From Bacilli bacterium (GTDB taxonomy: Bacteria > Bacillota_I > Bacilli_A > RFN20 > CAG-826), in NCBI GenBank assembly GCA_050952805.1, contig JBMNLM010000001.1, positions 6,451 through 70,450 on the forward strand: 64,000 bases of DNA, in the 5' to 3' direction. Numbering within the stretch: the stretch's first letter is position 1; each line of letters starts with the position of its first letter. Positions 56,086 to 64,000 of this stretch are shown one piece after another. A program made the translations under genes and the position numbers. Below the pieces are notes generated by a model. That model was not told the DNA's origin. It ran no database searches and saw only the letters and a program-made list of their open reading frames with translations.

Positions 56086-57123
56086 ATGATTATGAAAGCA
56101 AATGAAATTTTAAAAGATAAAGTCTTACTAATTACGGGAGGAACTGGCTCTTTTGGGCACGCGATTGTTGATCGCTTTATAAATAGTGATATTAAAGAAA
56201 TTCGTATCTTATCACGCGATGAAAAAAAGCAAGATGATATGCGAAAACTCTACAATAGTGACAAACTAAAATTTTATATTGGCGATGTTCGTAATCTTGC
56301 TTCAATTAGTGAAGCATTTCGCGGCGTTGATTATTGTTTTAGTGCCGCGGCACTAAAACAAGTGCCAAGTTGCGAATTTTATCCTATGGAAGCCGTAAGA
56401 ACTAACGTTATTGGAAGTGATAACGTAATTACAGCGTGCGTCGAGCACGGCGTTAAAAAAGCCGTTTTCCTAAGTACTGATAAAGCAGCTTACCCAATTA
56501 ATGCGATGGGTATTACAAAAGCTTTAATGGAAAAAAACGTTATCGCTAGATCTCGTCAACTCTTACCAGGCGATACCGTATTATGCTTAACACGCTACGG
56601 TAATGTTATGGCAAGTAGAGGAAGTGTTATCCCGCTATTCCTTAACCAAATTGAAAACGGTAAGCCAATTACAATTACAAATAAAGATATGACGCGCTTT
56701 ATGATGACGCTTGATGATGCGGTTGACTTAGTTTTATACGCATTTGAACACGGTGAACAAGGTGATCTTTTCGTTCAAAAAGCTCCTGCCGCAACGATCG
56801 AAGTTTTAGCAGAAGCAATAATTGAACTTAAAAATGCACCGCACAATATTTCTTATATTGGTACTAGACACGGGGAAAAATTATACGAAACGCTCGTTAC
56901 GCAAGAAGAAATGGCAAAAGCTGTTGATTTAGGTGGTTTTTTCTGTGTTAAAGCCGATAACCGTGACTTAAATTATGATAAGTACATTACAAAAGGTAAT
57001 GAAAAGATTGAAATTTCTGGAAGTTATACTTCGCACAACACGCATCGCTTAAATGTTGAAGAAATGAAAGAACTTCTAAAAAAACTCTCACTTTTTGGTG
57101 GACCAGTCGCCCATCACGAATAG
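56086..57123 (+). CDS. UDP-sugar 4,6-dehydratase of the CapD/PseB/FnlA SDR family
   Basis: LLITGGTGSFG Rossmann motif and the YxxxK region. 345 aa. Confidence 0.55.
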   Translation: MIMKANEILKDKVLLITGGTGSFGHAIVDRFINSDIKEIRILSRDEKKQDDMRKLYNSDKLKFYIGDVRNLASISEAFRGVDYCFSAAALKQVPSCEFYPMEAVRTNVIGSDNVITACVEHGVKKAVFLSTDKAAYPINAMGITKALMEKNVIARSRQLLPGDTVLCLTRYGNVMASRGSVIPLFLNQIENGKPITITNKDMTRFMMTLDDAVDLVLYAFEHGEQGDLFVQKAPAATIEVLAEAIIELKNAPHNISYIGTRHGEKLYETLVTQEEMAKAVDLGGFFCVKADNRDLNYDKYITKGNEKIEISGSYTSHNTHRLNVEEMKELLKKLSLFGGPVAHHE

Positions 57124-57150
57124 ATTTCATCTAGGTAACTAAAATAGATA

Positions 57151-57179
57151 TTTACAAAGAAGTTAATAATCGCTATACT
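57151..57179 (+). promoter_or_regulatory. promoter of the tRNA gene (TTTACA-17-TATACT)
   Basis: Hexamers with ideal spacing, about 50 nt upstream of the tRNA 5' end. Confidence 0.4.
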
Positions 57180-57227
57180 ACAAGCGATACATTTATTGCC
57201 CCCTGGGTTTATGTCATGAGTGTAAAC

Positions 57228-57300
57228 GCTCCCTTAGTTAAGTGGCATAATAAATCCATGGTAAGGATTAGTTGCTAGTTCGATTCTGGCAGGGAGCACC
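57228..57300 (+). tRNA. tRNA-Thr (anticodon GGU), CCA encoded
   Basis: 7-bp acceptor stem GCTCCCT/AGGGAGC. Anticodon stem AATCC/GGATT with loop AUGGUAA. T-arm GCTAG-TTCGATT-CTGGC. Discriminator A plus CCA, followed by a terminator. Confidence 0.7.
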
Positions 57301-57309
57301 ATTATAAAT

Positions 57310-57340
57310 TAGTCCGTTTATACGGACTATTTTATTTTAT
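57310..57340 (+). terminator. Rho-independent terminator after the tRNA
   Basis: AGTCCGT-ttat-ACGGACT followed by a T-rich run. Confidence 0.65.
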
Positions 57341-57440
57341 TTGGTTCAAAGTTAACTATGAATATTTCAAGTGAATCTATAACTAATCCGCACTCTCTTT
57401 TATATAAATAATGCTATGATAGAAAAAGAGGGAAAATGTA

Positions 57441-57974
57441 ATGGCAAAAAAGAAAGATAACTACACTTGGTATTTTATTGATGAAAGCGAGTTTTTTGCT
57501 AAGCAAGATAAAATGCTAGATGAAATAATTGAAGATATTAGAAAAGAATATGAGGCTGAAGGAAAAGACTTTGACCCTATCGCTTTTAAAAAAGAATATC
57601 TAAGACGCGTTTATGAAGAAGCTAATCCAAGTGGCGAAATTCCTGAAACACAAAAGAAGTTAACGCTAAAAGTTAACTACCTTATCGAAGAAAATGACGA
57701 TTGGTATGTTATTAAAAATGGTCACGTTTATCCTAGTGACATCGCGCCAGTAGAAGCAATTAGAGATTATAATCAAAATCTCCCTTTAGAAAAAATTCCT
57801 GGTTATTTTATTACGAACGATCCTCTTGATTATATGGACAAACTTGATTTTGTAAGAATTGAAGATTTTGTGAAAATGCGAAAGCGCGATAACTATACTA
57901 ATGCGATGATAAAAGAAGAATTACCGCTTCTTTATACAGAAGAAGCTATTAAGGCCGCTAAATTAGACCTTTAG
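57441..57974 (+). CDS. hypothetical cytoplasmic protein
   Basis: GAGGG RBS. No recognisable motif. Confidence 0.4.
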   Translation: MAKKKDNYTWYFIDESEFFAKQDKMLDEIIEDIRKEYEAEGKDFDPIAFKKEYLRRVYEEANPSGEIPETQKKLTLKVNYLIEENDDWYVIKNGHVYPSDIAPVEAIRDYNQNLPLEKIPGYFITNDPLDYMDKLDFVRIEDFVKMRKRDNYTNAMIKEELPLLYTEEAIKAAKLDL

Positions 57975-57991
57975 AAAGTTAGATACTAACT

Positions 57992-58573
57992 ATGAAGAAA
58001 TTTGCCCAAGCAATTAGAGTAATAACCGTTCCAACAATCTTATTTTTTGTTTTACTTTTGCTTACAAAATTTCTTAGTGACTCTATTTTTGTAACTTTAG
58101 AAGAGTTTTTAATAACTCTATTTTTAATTTGTGTTGTCCCAATTCTTGCTTATTTAGTAGCCTTTATCTTAAGAAAAGTAAAAAAAGAAACGCGAGATGA
58201 TGGACGAAAGCGTGAACGCGGTTTAGCGTTTATTTTTAGTATTGTTGGTTATACTCTCGCTTTTATTCTTGGTTTAGTTTTGAAATTTAATAATAACGCA
58301 ATGATAATTGTCGCGACTTACTTTTTCTCCTCAATTATCGTAACGATTCCAAATTTATTTAAAGTAAGAGCAAGTGGACACGCCGCAGGGATGTTTGGGC
58401 CGATGATTGTCGTATGTTACTTTTTTGGCTGGATTTATTTAATTCCGTGTCTTATCCTCTATGGCCTTACATTTTGGGCCTCAATTTATCTAGATCGCCA
58501 TAAAGTAACTGATTTAATATTAGGGACAATTTGTGTTTCACTTGCATTTGTAATTGCGATTTTAATCTTTTAA
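57992..58573 (+). CDS. hypothetical integral membrane protein
   Basis: About 6 TM helices. Confidence 0.4.
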   Translation: MKKFAQAIRVITVPTILFFVLLLLTKFLSDSIFVTLEEFLITLFLICVVPILAYLVAFILRKVKKETRDDGRKRERGLAFIFSIVGYTLAFILGLVLKFNNNAMIIVATYFFSSIIVTIPNLFKVRASGHAAGMFGPMIVVCYFFGWIYLIPCLILYGLTFWASIYLDRHKVTDLILGTICVSLAFVIAILIF

Positions 58574-58654
58574 TATTGGACTAATGTGATTTATTAAATA
58601 TTTAATAAAACACAGTTTTTTTTATGTTATTATTATATCTAGCCAAAAAAAATT

Positions 58655-60073
58655 ATGAAGAACGTAAGGTCACATTTGAAAGTCAAAAAAGGATTAATAA
58701 CACTAATTAGTGCTTTTTTTGTAATTGGCCTAACTTCTTGTAAAAAAGACCTGCAACCACACCTTAAAATTATTGAAGATAGTCCGTTAATTCTAGATGT
58801 TAATGAGACATATCAATTAAAATATGAAACGAAAAACCTGCAAAAACCGCATTATTTTAGTTCAAGTAACGAAAATATCGTTTCAGTAAGTAACGAAGGA
58901 TTACTAAAAACACTAAAAAAAGGTAGTGCAAATATAAAACTAAATAGTGGTCAACTCTATGATCAAATTCAAGTAATTGTAAATGCTCCTGATATTAACT
59001 TACAAAGTTGGGGAGTAAGAAGTAGTAAAGAGAGTCTAGATTTAGGCGAACAAGCAACACTAACTAGCTATATTGATGACGAAGAATATAAATACTTAGA
59101 AGAAGATATCGTTTTAGTCATGCGCTCAAATAGATATTTTGCAACTCTTGAGGGCAATATTGTGACTGCTAATAAAGAAGGTAAAGTAGAAATTGTTGCT
59201 ACGCTTCCAGCTTATGATCTAGTATCTACCCCGCTTATTATTCCAATTTATGATAGTAGTGATCCTGACCCATATATTAATGTTGATATAGAAGAATTTT
59301 ATGAAAATTATACGGAAGCAAGTGATGCCATTGATGCAATGTATCGCTCATATCACTATTTAATGTCAGGCGATATAACACCAGTTGATCAAGAACCAAT
59401 TATTTTTCCTAATCGTAAAGAAATAGATGGAATGTATGTTCATAATTCTAATGCTTTATATTCTAGCGATAAGAAGACTTATTACGTATATAATGGCGAC
59501 GGTGAAATTGAAAAAGAAATATATAAAGATGGTGCTTACGTTTCACTTGAAGATGTTGCCGCTTATGTTTATGCTTTCGGCGATGTCCCAGTTAATTACA
59601 CAGACAGGAAGAACGCTAAGCCATCTAATAGCCCATGGCTTGAATATTTAAGACTTAATAATACGTTCTTTTCTGGCGATATAAATTCTTATCCTTATGA
59701 ACCAATACTTCCACGTATCTACGGCGTTGATGGCGATTTAGTCTATTACGAAATTGATATAGGAACGACAGGAACAGACACTAATCCAGCCTACCCAGCC
59801 CGTGTTTATAACGACGGCAAAAGTATAACTAGAGGCGCCGCGCGAATTGTCTATTCTCGCTACTACGCTGATACTGGCGAAGAAATCACAGATTTAAATG
59901 ACCGCTATGTATTTTATACATATAATCACTACAACGATTTTCAAGAATATCTAAACTACTATAACGGCTGGGGCGAAATGTTTGGAAACGCAACAGCAGG
60001 CAACGGACCTGATGTTTATGACCCTGATAATCCTCCTTCACCTTATGTAGAAACAATTAGAGTCGCTTTATAA
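58655..60073 (+). CDS. lipoprotein with two Big_2 (bacterial Ig-like) domains
   Basis: GLTSCKKD lipobox. Two NETYQL...V..NEGLL..LKKGSA...L Ig-like repeats. Confidence 0.5.
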   Translation: MKNVRSHLKVKKGLITLISAFFVIGLTSCKKDLQPHLKIIEDSPLILDVNETYQLKYETKNLQKPHYFSSSNENIVSVSNEGLLKTLKKGSANIKLNSGQLYDQIQVIVNAPDINLQSWGVRSSKESLDLGEQATLTSYIDDEEYKYLEEDIVLVMRSNRYFATLEGNIVTANKEGKVEIVATLPAYDLVSTPLIIPIYDSSDPDPYINVDIEEFYENYTEASDAIDAMYRSYHYLMSGDITPVDQEPIIFPNRKEIDGMYVHNSNALYSSDKKTYYVYNGDGEIEKEIYKDGAYVSLEDVAAYVYAFGDVPVNYTDRKNAKPSNSPWLEYLRLNNTFFSGDINSYPYEPILPRIYGVDGDLVYYEIDIGTTGTDTNPAYPARVYNDGKSITRGAARIVYSRYYADTGEEITDLNDRYVFYTYNHYNDFQEYLNYYNGWGEMFGNATAGNGPDVYDPDNPPSPYVETIRVAL

Positions 60074-60277
60074 AAATAATCCTATTTTGCAGTCATTACA
60101 CTGCAAAAACAAGGTGCTTTCTTAAAATCAAAGACTACAATTTTCTCAAAATTTTCAAAAATTGTTGAATTTTTATTAATCTAGAGATTAATTTCAACGA
60201 AAAAGTTGTATTTACTACTAAAGTAGTGTATATTGTTGGTGTAAATTAATATTAATTTACATAAAAATTCAACTCGT

Positions 60278-60306
60278 AAGAGTGGGTATAGCCCACTCTT
60301 TCTATT
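60278..60306 (+). promoter_or_regulatory. leader hairpin/attenuator of the rimP-nusA operon
   Basis: AAGAGTGGG-tatag-CCCACTCTT followed by TCTATT, 27 nt before the rimP start. Confidence 0.4.
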
Positions 60307-60332
60307 AAAGAGAGGTTAAAAGATACGTTTAT

Positions 60333-60794
60333 ATGGAAACTAGTAAACTTAAAGATCTTATTGGTAGCGTTCTCTTAAAAGATGGCTACGAACTCACAAA
60401 ATTTATCGTTGAAAAGCAACATGGTGACATGTATTTGCGTATATTTGTTGAGGCAAGCGACCATCTTATAACGCTAGATGAAATTACTTTGATTAGTGAA
60501 AAACTTAGTGTAATTCTTGATGCTAATCCTCCGTTTGAAGATTCTTATATCTTAGATGTAAGTTCTTCCGGGGCAGAAAAAGAAATCAAAGTCGAAAATC
60601 TAGGTAATTATCTAGAAACGTACGTAGAAGTAACGCTATTAAATGCAATAAGGGGTCATAACAAGTTAAAAGGCTACATTAAAGAAGTAGAAAATGACAC
60701 TCTCTTATTAGAAGTAAATTACAAAGGGCGAATAAAAAAGGAAAAAATCGCTCTAGATAATATTAGTAAAATCAAATTAACAGTTAAAATTTAA
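60333..60794 (+). CDS. rimP: ribosome maturation factor RimP
   Basis: 153 aa, first gene of the nusA operon. GAGAGG RBS. Confidence 0.75.
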   Translation: METSKLKDLIGSVLLKDGYELTKFIVEKQHGDMYLRIFVEASDHLITLDEITLISEKLSVILDANPPFEDSYILDVSSSGAEKEIKVENLGNYLETYVEVTLLNAIRGHNKLKGYIKEVENDTLLLEVNYKGRIKKEKIALDNISKIKLTVKI

Positions 60795-60818
60795 GTAAAG
60801 AAGGTTAAAAGAAAGAAA

Positions 60819-62498
60819 ATGGCAAGAAAAAAAGCTAGTACAAAACAAACTAAAGAAGAAAGATACAACCAAATTCGTCTTCTCGTCGCTGAACTCGCAA
60901 GATCACGTAATCTCCCTGAAGATGTCGTTATTAATGCACTTTTAGAAGCTATTAGAAAAACACAAGTTAAAGCATTTGGTGGCGAAGGTGATGCTGCAAG
61001 TGTTGATATTGTTACTGAAATTGATGATGAGGCTAAAGAAATTCGTATTTACTACTTTAAAGAAGTCGTTGATGTTGTTAATGATGATGCTCTTGAAATT
61101 AGTAAAGAAGAATTTGAAAAACTTGAAGACCCACTTATCGTTGATGGTAAGTACGTTTTTAGAACGCTTACGGTTAATGATTTAACAGAATTACAAATGA
61201 AAAGCGTTCAAAATCAATTTATCAGTCAACTTCGCGATCTTGAGAAAGAAAAACTAGTTTCTAAATTCTCTAGTAAAATTGGCGAACTCGTCATGGGGAA
61301 AATTGAAATTGTTAGCCCAAGAACGACAATGGTTAACTTAGGCGACATTAGCGTCTTACTAGACGAAAGACGTCATACGATAAATCACGAGAAATTTCTT
61401 GATCAATCACTCGTTCCTTTTGTTATTCTTGACGTCGTAAGTACGCCTCGGGGCGCTAATATTATCATTTCTAGGACTGATCCACTTTTTGTAAGAAGAT
61501 TAATGGAACGCGAAGTCCCAGAAATTTATGATGGAACGGTTGTAATTCATAATATCGTAAGAGAACCAGGTGAAAGATGTAAGGTTTCTGTTGAAAGTAC
61601 AGAACCTAATGTTGATCCAGTTGGAGCTTGTATTGGTCCAAACGGGGCAAGAATTCAAAAAGTAAGCTCAGAACTTGGTCCAAATAGTTATAAAGAAAAA
61701 ATTGATATTATTCCTTATTCTGAAAATATTGGTGTTTACATTATGGACGCCTTTTTACCAGCGGAACCTTTTGGAATCGTACTTGATGAAGAAAACAAAA
61801 AGGCACTTGTTATCGTTGAAAATGGCGATAAAGGCCGTGCTCTAGGTCAAAAGGGTGCTAATATTAGAATGGCAAGCGCGCTCATAGGCTATGAACTTGA
61901 TGTCATGGAACTAGAAGAGGCAATGCAAGAAGAAATTGTTTATAAAACACGCGATACACTAATTTATGAACAAAATCTTTTAGAACAAGAAAGAGCAAAT
62001 ATCCGTCGTCTTGAACAAATGCAAGAAGAAGCGGAAGAAGAAATTGTTGAAACGCCTGTCGTTACGACTGTCCCACAAATGAGCATGGCCGAAGCCCTAA
62101 AAGAACATGAACAAGAATTAGTTCGTGAAAAAGAAGAAAAAGCTGCCGAAGAAAAAGTGGAAGTTAAAGAAGAAAAAGAGGCAGAAGACGACAAGAAAGT
62201 TAAAAGCGTTAAAATTACGATTAGTCTTGCTGAGTTAGAAAAAGAACTCGATAAAGAAAAAGAAACGAAGCAAAAACAAACTCGTAAACCGAAAAAGAAA
62301 ACCGAAGACAAGGTTGAAGAAAAGGTTAGCAAGAGTGATATTGAAGAAACGCGTTCAACTGGTCCAAAAATGGATATTTACACGGAAGAAGAACTTCGTG
62401 AAATTGAAGAAATGGAACGTCGTGAAAGCGAAGAAAACGATTACGATTACTACGATGACATCGATTACGATGAATTCGATGAGTACTACGACGAATAG
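60819..62498 (+). CDS. nusA: transcription termination/antitermination factor NusA with long K/E-rich, acidic C-terminal extension
   Basis: S1/KH core (GELVMGKIE; GACIGPNGARIQ). The C-terminal roughly 190 aa are low-complexity and end in DYDYYDDIDYDEFDEYYDE. Confidence 0.85.
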   Translation: MARKKASTKQTKEERYNQIRLLVAELARSRNLPEDVVINALLEAIRKTQVKAFGGEGDAASVDIVTEIDDEAKEIRIYYFKEVVDVVNDDALEISKEEFEKLEDPLIVDGKYVFRTLTVNDLTELQMKSVQNQFISQLRDLEKEKLVSKFSSKIGELVMGKIEIVSPRTTMVNLGDISVLLDERRHTINHEKFLDQSLVPFVILDVVSTPRGANIIISRTDPLFVRRLMEREVPEIYDGTVVIHNIVREPGERCKVSVESTEPNVDPVGACIGPNGARIQKVSSELGPNSYKEKIDIIPYSENIGVYIMDAFLPAEPFGIVLDEENKKALVIVENGDKGRALGQKGANIRMASALIGYELDVMELEEAMQEEIVYKTRDTLIYEQNLLEQERANIRRLEQMQEEAEEEIVETPVVTTVPQMSMAEALKEHEQELVREKEEKAAEEKVEVKEEKEAEDDKKVKSVKITISLAELEKELDKEKETKQKQTRKPKKKTEDKVEEKVSKSDIEETRSTGPKMDIYTEEELREIEEMERRESEENDYDYYDDIDYDEFDEYYDE

Positions 62499-62508
62499 AG
62501 GTTAACTA

Positions 62509-62769
62509 ATGGCGAAAAAAGAAATTTTACGTCGCTGCGTTGTAACGCATGAGCAAAAAGACAAAAGCGAATTAATTCGCGTCGTTAGACTAAAAAACGG
62601 CGAAGTCGTTTTAGATACTGGTGAACGTACTTACGGGCGCGGTGCCTATATTAGTCGCGATAAAGAAGTCTTAGAAAAAGCAAAAGAAACGAATGCTCTA
62701 GGTAAGGCTCTTGGCGTAAAAATTCCTCCTTCAATTTATACTAAGATTGAGGAGCTACTTAGTGAGTAA
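62509..62769 (+). CDS. ylxR: YlxR/RnpM (DUF448) RNA-binding protein
   Basis: RRCVVTHEQKDKSELIRVV...GRGAYI matches YlxR. Conserved position after nusA. Confidence 0.75.
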   Translation: MAKKEILRRCVVTHEQKDKSELIRVVRLKNGEVVLDTGERTYGRGAYISRDKEVLEKAKETNALGKALGVKIPPSIYTKIEELLSE

Positions 62770-63067
62770 AGAGTTAGTTAATTTTCTTAACTTACTTAAG
62801 CGAAGTAATAGCTTAGTTATTGGACTAGATAGTCTAACTAAATCTAGAAGAAAGGTTAACCTTCTTCTAGTAAATGAGAGTGTTTCTTCTAACACTATTA
62901 AAAAGATTGAACACATTGCTAGTGTTAGAGAAATACCACTAATTTACTTAAAAGAAAGCGATTTTGTAGAGTTTAGCTCTTCAAAAGTCGCTTGCATAGG
63001 AATTAGCAACCTCAATGGTGCTAAGAAAATATTAGAAATTATAAAGGAAGGTGATAGTAATGAGTGA
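62762..63067 (+). CDS. ylxQ: L7Ae-family ribosomal-protein-like protein (YlxQ)
   Basis: Conserved position before infB. Likely GTG start with GGAG RBS (the track offers a TTG start at 62747). Confidence 0.6.
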   Translation: MSKELVNFLNLLKRSNSLVIGLDSLTKSRRKVNLLLVNESVSSNTIKKIEHIASVREIPLIYLKESDFVEFSSSKVACIGISNLNGAKKILEIIKEGDSNE

Positions 63068-64000
63068 AAAGAAACAAGCTTATCCAAAAAACAGAACAAG
63101 TAATATTGTTAAACGAAAAAAGGTAGATGTTAAACCTTATGTTGAAGAGGGAAAACTCTACTTTTATGGCCCACTAAAAATAGCAGAATTAGCTAGTCTT
63201 TTAAAGGTGAGCGAAACAAGCATTATTAAACATCTCTTTCTTAAAGGAAAGCCGGTAACGATTAATAGTGATTTAACACCTGAATTAGTCGGTGAAGTTT
63301 GTATGGACTTTGACCTTGACTTTGAATTAATTGAAAGTGAAGGCGATGAAGATATCTTTAATTTTGATGCTATTAAAGATAATCCTAGTGACCTTGTTCC
63401 ACGGTGGCCAGTCGTTACGATTATGGGTCACGTTGATCACGGCAAAACGACACTTATTGATATGATTCGTAAAAGTAATATTGCCGCTGGTGAGGCTGGG
63501 GCAATTACGCAAGCAATCGGAGCATATCAAAAAGAAATCCACGGTCAAAAAATTACTTTTATTGATACTCCAGGTCACGAAGCATTTACAGCAATGCGGC
63601 TTAGAGGCGCTAAAGTTACTGACATTGTTATTTTAGTTGTTGCTGCAGATGATGGCGTAATGCCGCAAACTATTGAAGCAATCGACCACGCTAAAGCCGC
63701 CGATGTTCCTATCATCGTTGCAATTAATAAAATTGATAAACCTGGCGTAAGTGTCGACAGAATTAAAAATGAGTTACTAGCTCATAACGTTATTGCCGAA
63801 GAATTTGGCGGAGACGTAATCTTCCAAGAAATTAGTGCAAAACAAGGCACAAATATCGATAAACTCCTTGATGCTGTTTTAGTAACCGCTGAAATGCTTG
63901 AACTTAAAGCTAATCCTAAGCGCTACGCTTATGGAACGGTATTAGAAGCAAAATTAGATAAATTTGAAGGACCAAAAGCAACGCTATTAATTGAAAATGG
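63060..64000 (+). CDS. infB: translation initiation factor IF-2 (short N-terminus), 3' end outside window
   Basis: The ATG at 63060 overlaps the ylxQ stop. G-domain [18 protein letters not shown] and NKIDK. Open to the window end. Confidence 0.85.
   Translation, partial: MSEKKQAYPKNRTSNIVKRKKVDVKPYVEEGKLYFYGPLKIAELASLLKVSETSIIKHLFLKGKPVTINSDLTPELVGEVCMDFDLDFELIESEGDEDIFNFDAIKDNPSDLVPRWPVVTIMGHVDHGKTTLIDMIRKSNIAAGEAGAITQAIGAYQKEIHGQKITFIDTPGHEAFTAMRLRGAKVTDIVILVVAADDGVMPQTIEAIDHAKAADVPIIVAINKIDKPGVSVDRIKNELLAHNVIAEEFGGDVIFQEISAKQGTNIDKLLDAVLVTAEMLELKANPKRYAYGTVLEAKLDKFEGPKATLLIEN

Noticed and set aside
57124-57440. tmRNA (ssrA), because of the tRNA-like GCACCA 3' end followed by a terminator
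   Set aside because: The 5' partner of the acceptor stem lies only 73 nt upstream and a complete cloverleaf with a GGU anticodon forms. There is no tmRNA 5' GGGG...GAUUCGACGGG motif or tag-peptide ORF. It is interpreted as a plain tRNA.
60085-60108. Hairpin TTTTGCAGT-N6-ACTGCAAAA after the Big_2 lipoprotein gene as a terminator
   Set aside because: On the + strand the stem is followed by ACAAGG, not a U-run, because the T-run forms part of the 5' arm. It is possibly a weak or unconventional terminator, so it is not listed as a feature.
1-64000. CRISPR array or other non-coding tandem repeat arrays
   Set aside because: The only tandem repeats seen are protein-coding: DUF4430 duplication, lipoprotein repeats, the 12-bp SETT repeat and the triple-repeat protein. 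There is no short repeat-spacer periodicity.
1-64000. Mycoplasma-type genetic code (TGA as Trp)
   Set aside because: Many conserved genes terminate exactly at TGA (sigma factor, ylxQ) at the expected protein length, and Trp positions are TGG. The standard code 11 fits.

Overview
The window is about 64 kb of a low-GC (roughly 30-35 % GC) chromosome that reads with the standard genetic code (TGA closes ORFs; Trp is TGG). It looks like a Mollicute/Firmicute-like organism (Acholeplasma-like). This is inferred from an N-domain-less ClpB of 707 aa, a short-form IF-2, a NusA with a long charged tail, many LxxC lipoproteins and heavy investment in nucleoside scavenging.

Layout along the + strand:
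- 1-2.3 kb: a compositionally distinct (higher-GC) phage-like module of DNA methyltransferase, SAM synthetase and HNH endonuclease, closed by a terminator hairpin.
- 2.3-4.4 kb: an AT-rich islet of small secreted and membrane ORFs.
- 4.4-10.1 kb (+) and 17.7-22.6 kb (-): two paralogous BMP-family (nucleoside-type) ABC transporter loci. The minus-strand locus continues into an ADP-ribosylglycohydrolase-family gene, ribokinase and a LacI regulator.
- 12-14.4 kb: an accessory module of a Bro-N-Fic fusion protein, an ECF-type sigma factor, an overlapping 40-aa ORF and an N-terminally truncated serpin-like protein.
- 22.6-26.7 kb: a tandem-DUF4430 lipoprotein, a PHP-domain lipoprotein and a MOP-family flippase-like protein.
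- 27-36.3 kb: MntR-like repressor, a 560-aa membrane-anchored protein, sirtuin, a chloramphenicol-phosphotransferase-like P-loop kinase followed by an EF-G paralog with a degenerate catalytic motif (PGH changed to PGN), a GPH-family galactoside transporter and a NYN/OST-HTH protein.
- 36.3-47.7 kb: GH2 beta-galactosidase, galT, galK, two coupled hypothetical proteins, a GH13 amylase lipoprotein and an internally duplicated lipoprotein.
- 47.7-57.1 kb: clpB behind a split CIRCE-like nested palindrome, an 830-aa secreted triple-repeat protein, two endonuclease-I lipoproteins flanking rimO, and a UDP-sugar 4,6-dehydratase.
- 57.2-60.1 kb: a tRNA-Thr(GGU) with its own promoter and terminator, followed by a three-gene hypothetical islet.
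- 60.3-64 kb: the conserved rimP-nusA-ylxR-L7Ae-infB operon; infB runs off the window.

No CRISPR array, rRNA or intact transposase was seen.
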